64,000 bases of DNA from Octopus bimaculoides (lineage: Eukaryota): the NCBI RefSeq assembly GCF_001194135.2, contig NC_068982.1, positions 46,660,320 to 46,724,319 of the forward strand, in the 5' to 3' direction. The translations under genes and the position numbers were made by a program. The notes below the pieces were generated by a model. The model worked only from the letters and a program-made list of their open reading frames with translations, was not told the DNA's origin and made no database searches. Shown in pieces: positions 24,590 to 37,679 of the stretch. Positions within the stretch are counted from its first letter, which is position 1. Every line of letters begins with the position of its first letter.

Positions 24590-24974
24590 ATATCTTGGTG
24601 CCACATAAAAAGCACTGGTGATAGTGCCACATAAAAAAAGCACTAGTGCTGGTAACACATAAAAGGCACTGGCAATGATGCCATATAAAATGCACTGATG
24701 GCGGGGTGCCATATGAAAGGTACTGGTACTGATGCTATGTAAAAAGCACTGGTGACGATGTCAGGTAAAAAGCACTAGTGATGATGCCAGGTAAAAAGCA
24801 CTGGTGCTGGTTTCATATAAAAAGCACTCAGGATACTCTGTGAGGTGGTTGGCATTAGGAAGGGCAACTTGCTGTAGAAACCATGCCAAAACAGACAAGG
24901 CTCCTCACCTTGCCAACCCCTGTCAAACGATCCAATCCATGTCTGCATGGAAAATGGATGTTAATCGATGATGG

Positions 24975-25005
<31 letters not shown>
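24590..25005 (+). mobile_element. RTE 3'-UTR-type short repeat with internal ~27-nt tandem array and (GAT)n tail
   Basis: About eight copies of ggtgcca.ataaaaagcact.gtg, then gtggttggcattaggaagggca...ccatg...catggaaaatggatgttaa(tga)n. Related copies 20160-20400(-), 25870-26340(+), 35045-35370(-), 36230-36500(-), 40105-40250(+), 45230-45360(-), 48375-48520(-/+ junction), 49820-50140(-), 51075-51360(-). Confidence 0.75.
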
Positions 25006-25008
<3 letters not shown>

Positions 25009-25817
25009 ATCAAAATTTCACAGATGAAGAGATTTTGACCGAAGTTATTGGAGCACACCCCATGTCTAATCAATGCATATAAATATCAAACTTTGGGGAA
25101 GAAGTTTGTTAGCATGATGAATAAGGGGATATAAAAATAAAGTGTTCAGTTTTTCAACACTCTCTACTCAGCCTTACATGTTATTTCCTTTTTGATTAAT
25201 TATTCAAAAACATTGTCCTCTTCAAAGCACAAAATGCTTGTAATGGCCTCTCAAACACATTTACTTTTGATGTCATAAGGATTTTATAAACTTTCGAGAG
25301 AATATGAAATAATTCTTTTATGGAACAATGAATCTTGAAGCACATAAAGCTATAAATAATAGCATGCAAACACTGGGTTGAAAAGCCCTTCAGCCTTCAA
25401 CTTTCTCTGAGCAAAAGGGCTTTTTAATCCAATATTTACAAGGTATTATTTATAGTTTTATGTGCTTTGAGGTCCACAGTTCTGAAAAAGAAACATATTT
25501 TTATTTACAAGCTTTTAATTCTCTTTTGAATCTTTCTCAATTAGTTCATTCACTAGGTCATTCAAAAGACAAAATTGAATCATTTTGCCTGTAGTAGCAC
25601 AGAAAACGAAAATATAAAGCATATCCATAATATTTTGAAATTCATTTATAGAATCAGGCGCAGGCATGGCTGTGTGGTAAGAAGTTTGCTTCCCAACCAC
25701 ATGGTTCCAGGTTCAGTCTCACAGAGAGGCACCTTGGGCAAGTGTCTTCTACTATAGCCTCATGCTGACTAAAGCCTTGTGAGTGGATTTGGTTGATGGA
25801 ACCTGAAAGAAGCCTGT

Positions 25818-25848
<31 letters not shown>

Positions 25849-26555
25849 GTTTGCGTGTGTGTGTACCATACTCTATGACTGGCACCACGCCAGTGGAGCA
25901 CTAACAGCACTGTCGAGTGTGTTCATTGCCAGAGCAGCTGTCTGGCTTCCGTGCTAGCGGCCTGTAAATAGCACCATTTGAGCGTGATCATTACCAGCGT
26001 TGCCTTCTAGCACTTGTGCTGGGGGCACGTTAGAAAATCATTCGAGGGAGGTCGTTGCCAGTGCCACTGGACTAGCTCTCATGCAGGTGGCATGTAAGAA
26101 ACACCTTTTTGAGCATGGCCGTTGCCAGTACCGTGTGACTGGCCCTCGTGCCGGTGGCACGTAAAAGCACCCACTACATTCTTGGAGTGGTTGGCATTAG
26201 GAAGGGCATCCAGCTGTAGAAACTCTGCCAGATCAGATTGGAGCCTGGTGCAGCCTTCTGGCTCGCGAGTCTTCAGTCAAATCGTCCAACCCATGCTAGC
26301 ATGGAAAGTGGACGTTAAACAATGATGATGATGATGATATATATATATAATAAGGATTCTTGAGAAAATTGGGTACTTTTAAATGGTAAGTACCAGGTAG
26401 GGCTGGATTAACCTGTGGTCACCACCTATGGTTAATTAAATATCCAGTAAAATATTCAGGTTGTGCACACAGAGAAAACCACCCCCACGAGTATGCATAA
26501 GAAACAGCTGTAATGCACTGGCATTTATCTATCATCTGTTATTATTCATTTGCTA

Positions 26556-26589
<34 letters not shown>

Positions 26590-26607
26590 TTAAAATTCCT
26601 TATACAA

Positions 26608-26733
26608 GTCTAATTGTTATTACCATGATGAAAACACCTGCTCTCATCCGATCACCAAAGTTAAGTAACGCTGAGCCTAGTTAGTACTTAGATGAGTAAC
26701 CACTTGGGAAACCTAGGTGCTGTAAATATCTTT
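26608..26733 (+). pseudogene. 5S rRNA pseudogene
   Basis: taccatgatgaaaacacctgctctcatccgatcaccaaagttaagtaacgctgagcctagttagtacttagatgagtaaccacttgggaaacctaggtgctgta aligns end to end with metazoan 5S rRNA, with many transitions including in boxes A and C. Single copy. Confidence 0.88.
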
Positions 26734-28339
26734 AGAAGGTGCATGGCTCAGTGGTTAGAGCGTCGGGCTCACAATCATGAGGCAGTGAATTAGATTCCAA
26801 CAGTGGGTTCTATGTTATGTTTTTGAGCAAAACACCTTATTTTACATTACTCCAGTTCATTCAGCTGTAGAAATGAATTGTGATGTCACTGTTGCCAAGC
26901 TGTATCAGCCTTTACCTTTCCCTTGGATAACATCGGTGGCATGGAGAGGGGAGGCTGCTAGTCTTCAATAAACAACCTTGCCCAGACTTGTGCCTGAAGG
27001 GGGTCTTTACCTTTACATGACAGTTTATCATCAATTGGGAAACTTTTTAAAATGTTATTTTCTTAAGAATGTTAACAGTTTTAAAGTTAAAAAGTGAAAA
27101 CCATTTTTCCCTCTGAGATTGCCGACAGATCTGTCCAGATTCTGATTAACATAACTTTAGAATCTTGATAATTTAAAGAAATGACACTTAAAGAATATGA
27201 AGTGTACATGTCTTTCTCAAACAAAATCATAAATATTTGCAAAAGTGATTCTATCTAAGAAGGCAACTTTTGTGAAAACATTTAACAAATACTCTACTTT
27301 AATCAAAATATTTAAAAAAAATGTTTCTTTTTGCTTTTCTTTTTTTACTGCTGGTGCCTATCAAATATATGAAACTGAGGAGTCTTGTTTTGCAAGTTAG
27401 TCAGTGACCTCACTGCTGTTGGTGCCATGTAAAAAGCACCTAGTACACTGTGTAAAGTGGTTGGCACTGGGGTCTATGTAATCAACTTGTACCCTCCCCC
27501 AAAATTGCTGGCCCTGTTCCCAAATTTGAAACTGATATTACACAAACAGTGCCATTAATTTCCAGTGTTTTGTGACATTGTCTGCATATGGGAAATATTA
27601 TCCAGCTTGGAAAAGAAAACAAAGGTTGACAACAGGAAGGACATCTGGCATATAGAATCTACCTCATAAGGCGGCGAGCTGGCAGAAACGTTAGCACACC
27701 GGGCGAAATGCTTAGCAGTATTTCGTCTGACGCATAGTCATCAACATTATAAAACCCAACTTTAACAATAGTAATATTGTTAAACAAAAAGACAAGCTAT
27801 TAGCAGAGTGGTGATACTAATGTATGATAAATAGTATTACATTTTACACATTTACTTGTTTCAGTCATTTTGACAGTGGCCATGCTGGAGCACCACCTTT
27901 TAGTTGAAGAAATCAACCCCTGGACTTATTCTTTGTAAGCCTGCTACTTATTCTATTGGTCTCTTTTGCCGAACTGCTAAGTTAGGGGATGTAAACACAC
28001 CAAGATCAGTTGTCAAGCACATACACAAACATAAGCATATATATATATATATATATATATACAACAGATTTCTTTCTGTCTCTGTCTACCAAATCCACTC
28101 ACAAAGCTTTGGTTGGCCTGAGGCTATAGTAGAAAACACTTGCTCAAGGTGCCATGTAGTGGAACTGAAGCCAGAACCATGTGGTTGGGAAGCAAGCTTC
28201 TTACTACACAGCCATGCCTACACCTACGTTAGTTATTTTATAATTTCCAAAGTCTGATAGACCCATATAACCTGTAAAATTTTTCAGTTTGATAATGATA
28301 TAATATTGGTTGTATATAAGAGGGCTTATGACTTGACTA

Positions 28340-28545
28340 TGTTCTATAAAAGCAGAAGAAGTCTCTCAGAGTTAGTGAATAATTTGACCTAGAACCTCAA
28401 AAGATTTCTTTTCCATTTCATTTGCATGAGTGTAAGTCAAGAAATTGGGTGAGATATAGTATTGGTCGTACTTCAAATGACCAATACTGCATCAAATATT
28501 TAAATGGTTTCACTAACTCTGAGAGACTTCTGCTTTTATAGAACA
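28340..28545. mobile_element. Tc1/mariner-type MITE with ~40-bp TIRs
   Basis: tgttctataaaagcagaag(aag)tctctcagagttagtgaa (28340-28379) is the reverse complement of 28509-28545 apart from a 3-nt indel; TA on both sides. Confidence 0.8.
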
Positions 28546-29356
28546 TAGCTTTGATTATTGATTTAAGGTTTGCTAAGTTCTAAAACAACATTCAAAATGA
28601 AATTTTTTTACAAAGATATTGTGTTTATGTAGCAAAAAAAAAAAAGAAAAAGAAAAAAGAAAAAAAGTAGAAAAAGACATTGGAGGCGGGGGAGCAGAAT
28701 AGTGTTTTTGCTGAAACAGAGTGAAAACAAACAAAATAATAGAATTGATTTTGCAAATTTTGATAAACGACTTTAAAAAGAAGCTAAGAGCAAGATTAGA
28801 AATGGTAAAATGACATTGAATACCATCACAGAAAGAACAGTCTGTGGAGAGAAAAGGTGGAGTAAAAGAAAGAAGAATGTTTTATCAATGGTCATGATGA
28901 AATTTTTATGTATGATCAGTTGCAACTTTTCTTCTTCGCAATCTCTAAATGATAGGCTTTCTGCAATGAAGTCTAAAAAGAAACTACCAGCTACCCTCAC
29001 AGCTAAAAATGATATACCACATTAACCACCCATTTTTAATTCTTAAATATGCACTGTGGCCATATTACAGATAAAATACTGAATAAAAAACTGTATGATG
29101 AAACATACAAGATGAGGACAAAATGTACTTGTAGAGTAAGGATGTGTCTTATGTCAGAATGCATTTTATATGCTGACAAACATGGTACACAAAACAAAAT
29201 GGAAGCCTTTCTAATCTTTAAAAGTTTGCATTTTAGATTATTTCAAGTAGGATATTAATTACAAGTTGATTAAAGGCAGCTAGCAGAATTGTTAGCCTGC
29301 TGGTCAAAATGCTTAGTGGCTTTTAGTCCAGCTTTATGTTCTGGGTTCAAATTCCA

Positions 29357-29760
29357 TGAGTGGCTGTGTGGTAAGTAGCTTGCTTACCAGCCACGATTCC
29401 GGGTTCAGTCCAACTGCGTGGCACCTTGGGCAAGTGTCTTCTACTATAGCCTCAGGCCGACCAAAGCCTTGTGAGTGGATTTGGTAGACGGAAACTGAAA
29501 GAAGCCCGTCATATATATGTATATGTATATATATATATATGTGTGTGTGTTTGTGTGTCTGTGTTTGTCCCCCCAACATCGTTTGACAATTGATGCTGGT
29601 GTGTTTACGTCTCCGTAACCTAGCATTTTGGCAAAAGAGACTGATAGAATAAGTACTAAGCTTACAAAAAATAAGTCCTGGGGTTGATTTGCTCGACTAA
29701 AGGCGGTGCTCCAGCATGGCCAAAGTCAAATGACTGAAACAAGTAAAAGAGAGTAAAAGA
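29357..29760 (+). mobile_element. Family A SINE, full length, nested inside a family B SINE
   Basis: Family B head 29270-29356 resumes at about 29761 (gaggtcaacattgcctttcatcc) after the complete family A copy. Confidence 0.85.
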
Positions 29761-30494
29761 GAGGTCAACATTGCCTTTCATCCGTTTGGGGTCGATAAAT
29801 TAAGTACCAGTAATCAACTGGTCCCCCACCACCAAAAAGAAAAATTTCAGGCTTCGTGTCTTTAGTAGAAAGGATTAATTACAAGTTGATTAGAAAGTAA
29901 ATAAAATTATATTTAATGCCATAATTATAAAAACCTACAAGAATTATATAATCTAATGATGAAATTTCTATATCATTGTTCAGTTTGCTTGAAAAGGATA
30001 AAGGATAAAGCATCCTTCTTGAGCCCTAGAGACTCATAAAGGTCAGTTTCCTGGTTTCCGTGGTGTATATATATATAGGCCTCCTGGATAGGATGCTAGC
30101 TCATTGCTGGGTTACTCATTTTTGCCAGCTGAGTGGACCGGAGCAACAGGAAATGAAGTGTTTTGCTCTCAGAAACACATGTTACCCGGCCCAGGAATCG
30201 AGACCACAATCTTAAAAAAGCAGCTTAATTTATCTCAAATTATATCCAACTGTCTTAGAATGATTTGATACATTGAAGTTTGTTGTCTTCAGTGTACAGT
30301 ACTAAAGAAGAAAAAAAACAGGAAGTTCATAGCTGGAAATGCTTTTGATAATAGGTTTGTTCAATCATAACTTACCTGGGGATATGCAACAACTACAACA
30401 ACCACAACTACAACAACAAAAACGGCAACATAATTTTCAGAGACTGGTGCCAAAACACTTTGAAATGTCTAGAAAGTCTCTTTCTCTCTCTTAC

Positions 30495-30680
30495 CTGACC
30501 AATTCACTTCTAGCCTTGAAGGCTATTGTCTCCTGAAAGAGACTAGAGCTACTTTGGAAGAACGGATCGTATTTTTTTGATACTTCACTTGGATAAATTC
30601 TCCGAAAGTTTCCAAGGTGGGTGGTTTCATAATTGTCAAGACTTTCCAAATATTTTTCATGAGCTTGTTCTTGCTCTTCC
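30495..30680 (-). CDS. TTLL6: TTLL6/TTLL13-like exon (cationic microtubule-binding region)
   Basis: EEQEQAHEKYLESLDNYETTHLGNFRRIYPSEVSKKYDPFFQSSSSLFQETIAFKARSELV matches the TTLL6 YEKENCGGFRLIYP...KYEKFFQ...SLFQNT.ASRAR segment. Acceptor taattccag|G, donor AG|gtaaga; 186 nt, phase 2 to 2. Confidence 0.92.
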
Positions 30681-30839
30681 CTGGAATTACAACGAATTAC
30701 AAAATCATAAGACATTAAATTTTTAAACACCTCTTGTTTCAACAGTTTTATTTCTGTTTTATTATGGGCTAATATACCCATGCTAACATGGAAGGTGGAT
30801 ATTAAACATTGATGATGATGGTGATATATACATATATAT

Positions 30840-32215
30840 ATGGACAGTTGACTTCAATAGACATGTTGGGTAGCATCTGATTGGCTTCTATGGAGTGTAT
30901 AGAGGCTACAGAGCCAGTTCCCACAATGAGGAGTGAACCACACAGCTGGAGTTCTTTGATGCAAATGGCCTTATGATTTGCAGTACTAATGTCAAGAAAC
31001 CAGTCAGTCACTTGTTCACCTATCAATCTGATGGATACACAAGCCAGATTGACTACATTCTCATCAGAAAGCAGGAAAGATGGTTGCTCATAAATTCAAA
31101 GTCTTTCCCAGATGAAGAGTGCACCCCTTAACATAGGTTAGTCGTCGGTGACTTCAGACTCAGGGGTAGACAGTAACTAAGAAGACAACCAATCTGGGAA
31201 AGAAAGATCTGGAGGCTTAAAAGTCCTCTAAATAGTCAGCGAATTAGAGACATTTTACCTGAAACATATGATAGGTAAAAGGGAGATATAGAGGATAACT
31301 GGAGGTTCCTAAGGGACAACTTAATGAAGATCACTGACCAAATTTGTGGCTGACGCAAAGTCCCTGCAAGACCTAAGGTAACATGGTGGTGGAACAATGT
31401 AATAGACAGGGACATTAGAGTGAAGAAATGGGCCAGGAAGGACTGGAAGATTGGTAGTAGCAGGGAACTATATCAGAAAGGAGGCTAGGAGATAGGTATA
31501 TTTAACTAAGGGAGAAGCAGAAAGGAAGAAGTTTGTCAATGTTTTGCAGTGTGAGGACCAGATGTTTGAAGTGTTTGGGATTACAAGAGTGTGTGAAAGA
31601 AAATCCTGACATATATATATANNNNNNNNNNNNNNNNNNNNNNNNNNNNNNNNNNNNNNNNNNNNNNNNNNNNNNNNNNNNNNNNNNNNNNNNNNNNNNN
31701 NNNNNNNNNNNNTATATATATTGGTGAGAAAGGATCTTCTGGCACTGGACCTCATAGAGGAGACTGAAGCACTGAGACCTCTGGCTGTTTGCTGTGCTTC
31801 AGAAGACATGTCAAGCTAAGTAAAACTGTGGTATGTCCTATACAGCCATGCCCTCCCCACTTGTCTCTCAGCCAAGATGTCCTTACCTTCTGACCTCACA
31901 GATGTTGGTGCCATGTAAAAAGCACACATGCGAGTGCTACATAAAAATACCCCTGCTGATGCTACACAAAAACATCCATACTGTACCATGCAAAAGCACT
32001 CATGCTGGTGCTACATAAAAGCACCCATGCCATGTATATGCACCCATTACATTCTGAAAAGAGAATAGTGTCAGAAAGGGCATCCAGCTGTAGAAACCAC
32101 GTCAAAATAGACAATCAACGCCCAAGAAGCTCTCCAGCTGGTCAGTCCCTGTCAAACCATCTAACCCATGCCAGCAAGGAAAACGGATGTTAAATGAAAA
32201 TGATGATGATGATAT
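30840..32215 (+). mobile_element. RTE-clade LINE: endonuclease and linker, gap, 3' end
   Basis: DFNRHVG...HLFTYQSDGYTSQIDYILIRKQ...HRLVVGDF (APE), then PKVTWWWNNVID. After the 31622-31712 gap: gtgagaaaggatctt 3' end, UTR and (GAT)n. RT domain not visible. Confidence 0.85.
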
Positions 32216-32989
32216 AAATATAAGTATGTATGTATGTATGTATGTATGTATTTATGTATTAGTGTATGTTGTTTTTTTGCATTTGGTTGAGAAGCAGGCC
32301 TATATCTATGTACATGTAGGGGAGTAGAGGTGTGGTCACTTATAAGAGAAATGAAATTGAACTAGTGTGTGTTATTATTAGCATAATGATCCTCCCTAGA
32401 TATAACAAAATATGTGTGTGTGTGCGTGCATGTGTAAAATAGGCAAGGATTATGTACCCATGAGCCATGAATTTGATCAGTCAACCTTCAGTCAATAAGC
32501 TGGAAAGCAAGAGAATGATTCTAAGCTGTGGTAAGTTGACAGTTGTCACCTGTCATAGTTTGGGAGTATTCTCTCTGAAATTCTCAAAGGAGAATTTCAG
32601 TATGGGTCAATTAGAAGAAATTATTTTGTGCTTTTTATTTTTTAAGACTGGCATTGGATTGTGACTGATTTGGAGCTTCTATGCCAGACAAATGCCACCA
32701 GACTTTAATTAATTTTTGAATTATTGGGCCAAATCTGACAACAATCATGAGAGGGTGATGACCTTTTACTTTTAATTTCAAAGCACTATAGTATTTTTCC
32801 AATGGTTATAACAGAATGAGCTGCCAAATTAATACAGACAACCCTTGAAGGAGTTCTCTGTAAGCCCTATGTAATAAACTAATGTGTTGCTAATGGGAAC
32901 ACTAGCATGGTTTACAAGGCATATCTCAAAGCATTTTTTCTTGAAGAAGCAAAACCATGTGTTTCAGTAACTGGTTATTTTTTCCATAA

Positions 32990-34090
32990 AGTTAATAATC
33001 AAGTACAGCAGATCATTAAGCAAGCTAAGAGATCCCTCCTTTTTAACATAGATGTTTGCTGGGTTAAGAAAGAAGGCACAGCTGATTTTAATATATATGT
33101 CATCGTCAGTAGATTTGATGATGGTAAAAATATATTATGTGAGCCAATGGGCTTCTCCCCACTCAGTGAACTACAGATTTCTTTTAATGGTATTAGTATG
33201 GCTCTGGACAGTGAAGTCAGGGTCATAAATTGAAAAAGAATGAGTGATTCCGCAGAAAAAAGATAATTGAAACATTCAACAAATTCTACCTGAAGGTGAC
33301 AGCTGAAGCAAACCTTAAAAATATTAATTCTCTGGATGTCACATGTAAACTTAGCCCTTAACTATATGAGGTATTCATTCAAGAATCCAAATGCCACTGC
33401 TTGTTGTACATCTGCACTCAATTGAACCAATGATTGAACACCATCAAACACATGCCATGGAGCATCAGCAATAGGTTAAGTGAATTATCCTCTGACAGAG
33501 CCACATTCAATATGTTTATAAAGTACTAGAGTAAGGAACCACGACAGAGTTATGACCAAGAATGAATAAAAATACTCACCAATACTACCTAGCAATTGCC
33601 CTAAAAACAATAGGAAAAGAAATCTTATATGGTATAATCTGCAATACAACACCTTTACAAAAACCAGAGTTGTAAAACATTTACTCTTCCTGACTGGAAA
33701 ACACTTCATAAATAGCCTTAGATTCCATAACCTGTCCTACAAAAATAGCATTAAGGTGAGTTACAGTTGCACGTAAAAATACATCTAATGTCATCAAGAG
33801 CCGAACTGCAAAAATGTAGGTGGCTTAATGTAGATCCTTGCTCCCCAACAGAGGGATAAATGCTGAGAGAAAAGAATTGTATATCAGGCTGATGTCTCAA
33901 TCAGTAGACACCAACAAGCTACAGAGGGCTTATAGAGAACTCCTTCTAGAGTTGCCTACATTTGCATAACGACTCACTGAGTCATGAAGTAGCAAAAACA
34001 CTTTCAAAGCATGTTTAGAAATGCAGAGACAAAGTAGAGACTACTAGTATCTCAAATGCAGTGTTAAATAAGGTACAGACATTTTAAAAA
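32990..34090 (+). mobile_element. Penelope-like element remnant (RT C-terminal half plus GIY-YIG)
   Basis: Decayed frames IIKQAKRSLLFN...WVKKEGTADF, LKVTAEANLKNINSLDVT, HMPWSISNRLSELSS, NLIWYN, SIKVSYSC and RIVYQADV...YRGLIENSF follow the order of Penelope RT, linker and GIY-YIG. Confidence 0.8.
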
Positions 34091-34579
34091 TTATGAAATT
34101 CCTGCTACTTATGTATCACAGAGAAACTCTACATCATCCGCCACTCTCTTCTTACCTTAAATAAAAAGAATAAAAAGAATTTTTACTTGGTGATAGATGC
34201 CCAAATTCCTTTTGAAATTCCTGAGGTATAAAAGATGACAACAGATAATTTACACTCTTGGACTATCTAGAGTTGTTGAATTACTTTTCAATCTGATGAC
34301 ATGTATGGTTGAATGAAGGACAGATAGGAAAAAACTAGTTCCAGGTTATGCTGTCTTTGTTTGTCTCACATAAATTAATAGATAAAAGTCTGTACACACC
34401 ATCAACATAAATTTCTGTATATGTATGTACATATATATGTGTATAAGTATGAATGTATGCATGTATGCAAACATAAGCGTACATCACATGGCCTCAAGAG
34501 ACACTAGAGCACAGGATGCAGTGGAAGATGATAAATACACAAGAGCTTCCATTGCACACTCAAGAAATAATGTCTCATT

Positions 34580-34800
34580 TCAGTTCAAACAACTTAAATT
34601 CCAAATGAGTCTTAGTTTTGCTATGACCCTCAACAAATTGCAAGGGCAATCATTTTTGGTTGCTGATTTACACCCCGAAGAGCTCTGCTTCACCTATGGT
34701 CAACTTTGTGTTGGATGTTCAAGAGTAGGAAGTAAGAAAAATTTTACATCAATGTACCAAATGGAAAAATAAAAAAAACTTTGTTTATCAAGACATTATG
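34580..34800 (+). mobile_element. Helitron PIF1-like helicase C-terminal remnant
   Basis: FKQLKFQMSLSFAMTLNKLQGQS...LCFTYGQLCVGCSRVGS corresponds to the Helitron motifs FAMTINKSQGQS and CFSHGQLYVACSRV. Confidence 0.85.
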
Positions 34801-35012
34801 AATTGCCACAAATAATGCAGAAATCTGCCATGTTCCAAGAGACTTAATCATCTGGGAAGACCTAGTCTGACATGGAATCGATAAAATTGAAATCGATTCT
34901 ATTGTAAAAATTGTTTGGCAATGATGGGCTATGATATAATGTGTGTGTGTGTGTATGTGTGTGTGCATGCATGCGCATACACATGTGCATGTGTATACAT
35001 GTATATGATTGT

Positions 35013-35043
<31 letters not shown>

Positions 35044-35376
35044 TTCATCATCATCATCATTTAACCTTTGTTGTCCATGCTGGCATGGATTGTATGGTCT
35101 GACAAGAGCTGGCAAGCTGGGGAGTTGCACCAGACTCCAGTCTGATTTGGCATGGTTTCTAAGGCTGGATACCTTTCCTAACACCAACCACTTTACAGAG
35201 TGTGCAGGATGCTTTTACATGGCACTGCATGGGTACTTTTATGAGGCACAGCACAGGCACTTTAGGTGGCACTGTACACATGCTTTTACATGGTATTGCA
35301 CAGGTGCTTTTACATGGCACCACCACATATATATATTTTTTTAGCGTGCTGGTGCCACTTGTAGCACCCTTAATTA

Positions 35377-35416
<40 letters not shown>

Positions 35417-36552
35417 NNNNNNNNNNNNNNNNNNNNNNNNNNNNNNNNNNNNNNNNNNNNNNNNNNNNNNNNNNNNNNNNNNNNNNNNNNNNNNNNNNNN
35501 NNNNNNNNNNNNNNNNNNNNNNNNNNNNNNNNNNNNNNNNNNNNNNNNNNNNNNNNNNNNNNNNNNNNNNNNNNNNNNNNNNNNNNNNNNNNNNNNNNNN
35601 NNNNNNNNNNNNNNNNNNNNNNNNNNNNNNNNNNNNNNNNNNNNNNNNNNNNNNNNNNNNNNNNNNNNNNNNNNNNNNNNNNNNNNNNNNNNNNNNNNNN
35701 NNNNNNNNNNNNNNNNNNNNNNNNNNNNNNNNNNNNNNNNNNNNNNNNNNNNNNNNNNATATATATATAAATATATATATATATACACATATATACATAC
35801 ATACAAATATATTTATGACTGAAAGCATATTGTGGAGTTTATATACTCAGATTTGAATGAAATGAATATGTTAATGGTACAGGTGACTGTGGAATACTCA
35901 GCTATCTATATGTTAATTTAGTAATTTAGGCAAGGTGGTGAGCTAGCAGAATCATTACCAAGCTGGAGAAAATGTTTAGCGGCATTTCTTCCAACTTTAC
36001 ATTCTGAGTTCAAATGCCACCAGGGTCAATTTTGCCTTTCAGAATCCTTTTGGGGTCAATAAAATATGTACCCGCTGAACAGTGGGGCTGATGTAATTGA
36101 CTTATCCACTCCCTGAAATTGCTGGCCTTGTGCCAAAATTTGAAACCAGTTTAGTAATTCAGGAGCAGGTAATTCAATTGATCAAACAACTGAGTCCTTG
36201 TCATCAAATGATAGAGACTCACCATCTTATCATCATCATCATCATCATCATTACTCCCCCCCACCACTACCATTTAACATCCATTTTCTGTGCTGACAAG
36301 GATAGAACAGTTTGACAGGAAGTGGCGAGTCAGAAGACTGCTCCAGGCTCTGCTATCTGTTTTGGTATGGTTTCTATGGCAGGGTGCCTTTCCTAATGCT
36401 AATTGCCCTTCTCAACACCAACCACCATACAGAGTGTACTCGGTGCATTTTATGTGACACCAGCAGCAGTGAGATCACCAAGTAAACAGCAGAACAAGAC
36501 ACATCAATGGGGAGTAGTAGTATAAAGGGACAAGAATATTTTTGTGTATGTA

Positions 36553-36593
<41 letters not shown>

Positions 36594-37112
36594 GTGTGCA
36601 TGTGAAGTGTAGCATTTGCTATTAAAACTCAATAATACTCCACCTCTATATTCTTTTTAAAATGACATTTCATATTTCTTTATATTAGTTCACTGATATA
36701 TAATCATACACAAGTCTTAGTACTTTACTCTAAAAATATAAGGGTACAAAAAAATGTGTGATTTATTTACTGTCTTGAAATTTGTAGCATGCACTAACAC
36801 AGACACACAGACACAGACACAGACACACACACACAGAGACACAGACACACACACACACACTCACACACATATATATGCACGATGGGCATCTTTCGGTTTC
36901 CGTCTTACAAATCCACTCAAAAAGCTTTGGTCGGCCCAAGGCTATAATAGTAGAAGACACTTGCCCAAAGTGTCACATTGTGGGACTGAATCAGGAACCA
37001 TGAGGTTGGGAAACAGGCTTCTTACCACACAACCATGCCCGTGGTTATTGTTTGATTTCATTTTATTTTGTACTTTCTTTGTTTCAATGTATTATTCCTG
37101 ATAGATCATATC

Positions 37113-37521
37113 TTATACAACATTCTGGACATTGTTGTTGTTCTTGGCACTCCGCCGCTTACGACGTCGAGGGCTCCAGTCGATCTGATCAACGGAACAG
37201 CCTGCTCGTGAAATTAACGTGCAAGTGGCTGAGCACTCCACAGACACGTGTACCCTTAATGTAGTTCTCAGGGATATTCAGCGTGACACAGTATGACAAG
37301 GCTGACCCTTTGAAATACAGGTACAACAGAAACAGGAAGAAAGAGTGAGAAAAAGTTTTGGTGAAAGAGTACAGCAGGGTTCGCCACCATCCCCTGCCGG
37401 AGCCTCGTGGAGCTTTAGGTGTTTTCGCTCAATAAACACTCACAACGCACGGTCTGGGAATTGAAACCGCGATCCTATGACCACTAGTCCACTGCCCTAA
37501 CCACTGGGCCATTGTGCCTCC
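37113..37521 (-). mobile_element. Young tRNA-derived SINE, working family C, full length
   Basis: Head ggaggcacaatggcccagtggttaggg, many CpGs intact, (CAA)n tail, 11-12-bp TSD (c)attctggacat at 37101-37112 and 37521-37532. Confidence 0.9.
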
Positions 37522-37679
37522 ATTCTGGACATCACATCAATGTCATCCTAAAAATTTCTTTTTCTCACAAAAAAAAGGAGAATTTTCTAAATCTATATCA
37601 AGCTGTTATACATCGAACAAATTTATTTATCGGAGATAATTTGGCAAGAAACCTCAAAGAAAAGAAAAAAATTATATAC

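Noticed and set aside
26738-26810. SINE heads as functional tRNA genes (also 5632, 37521, 53016)
   Set aside because: They have A/B boxes but continue into shared SINE bodies with TSDs and do not form a complete cloverleaf.
28773-29025. Possible extra TTLL exon
   Set aside because: No TTLL similarity, and the flanking exons already join in phase and in sequence (ELVR|QQRE).
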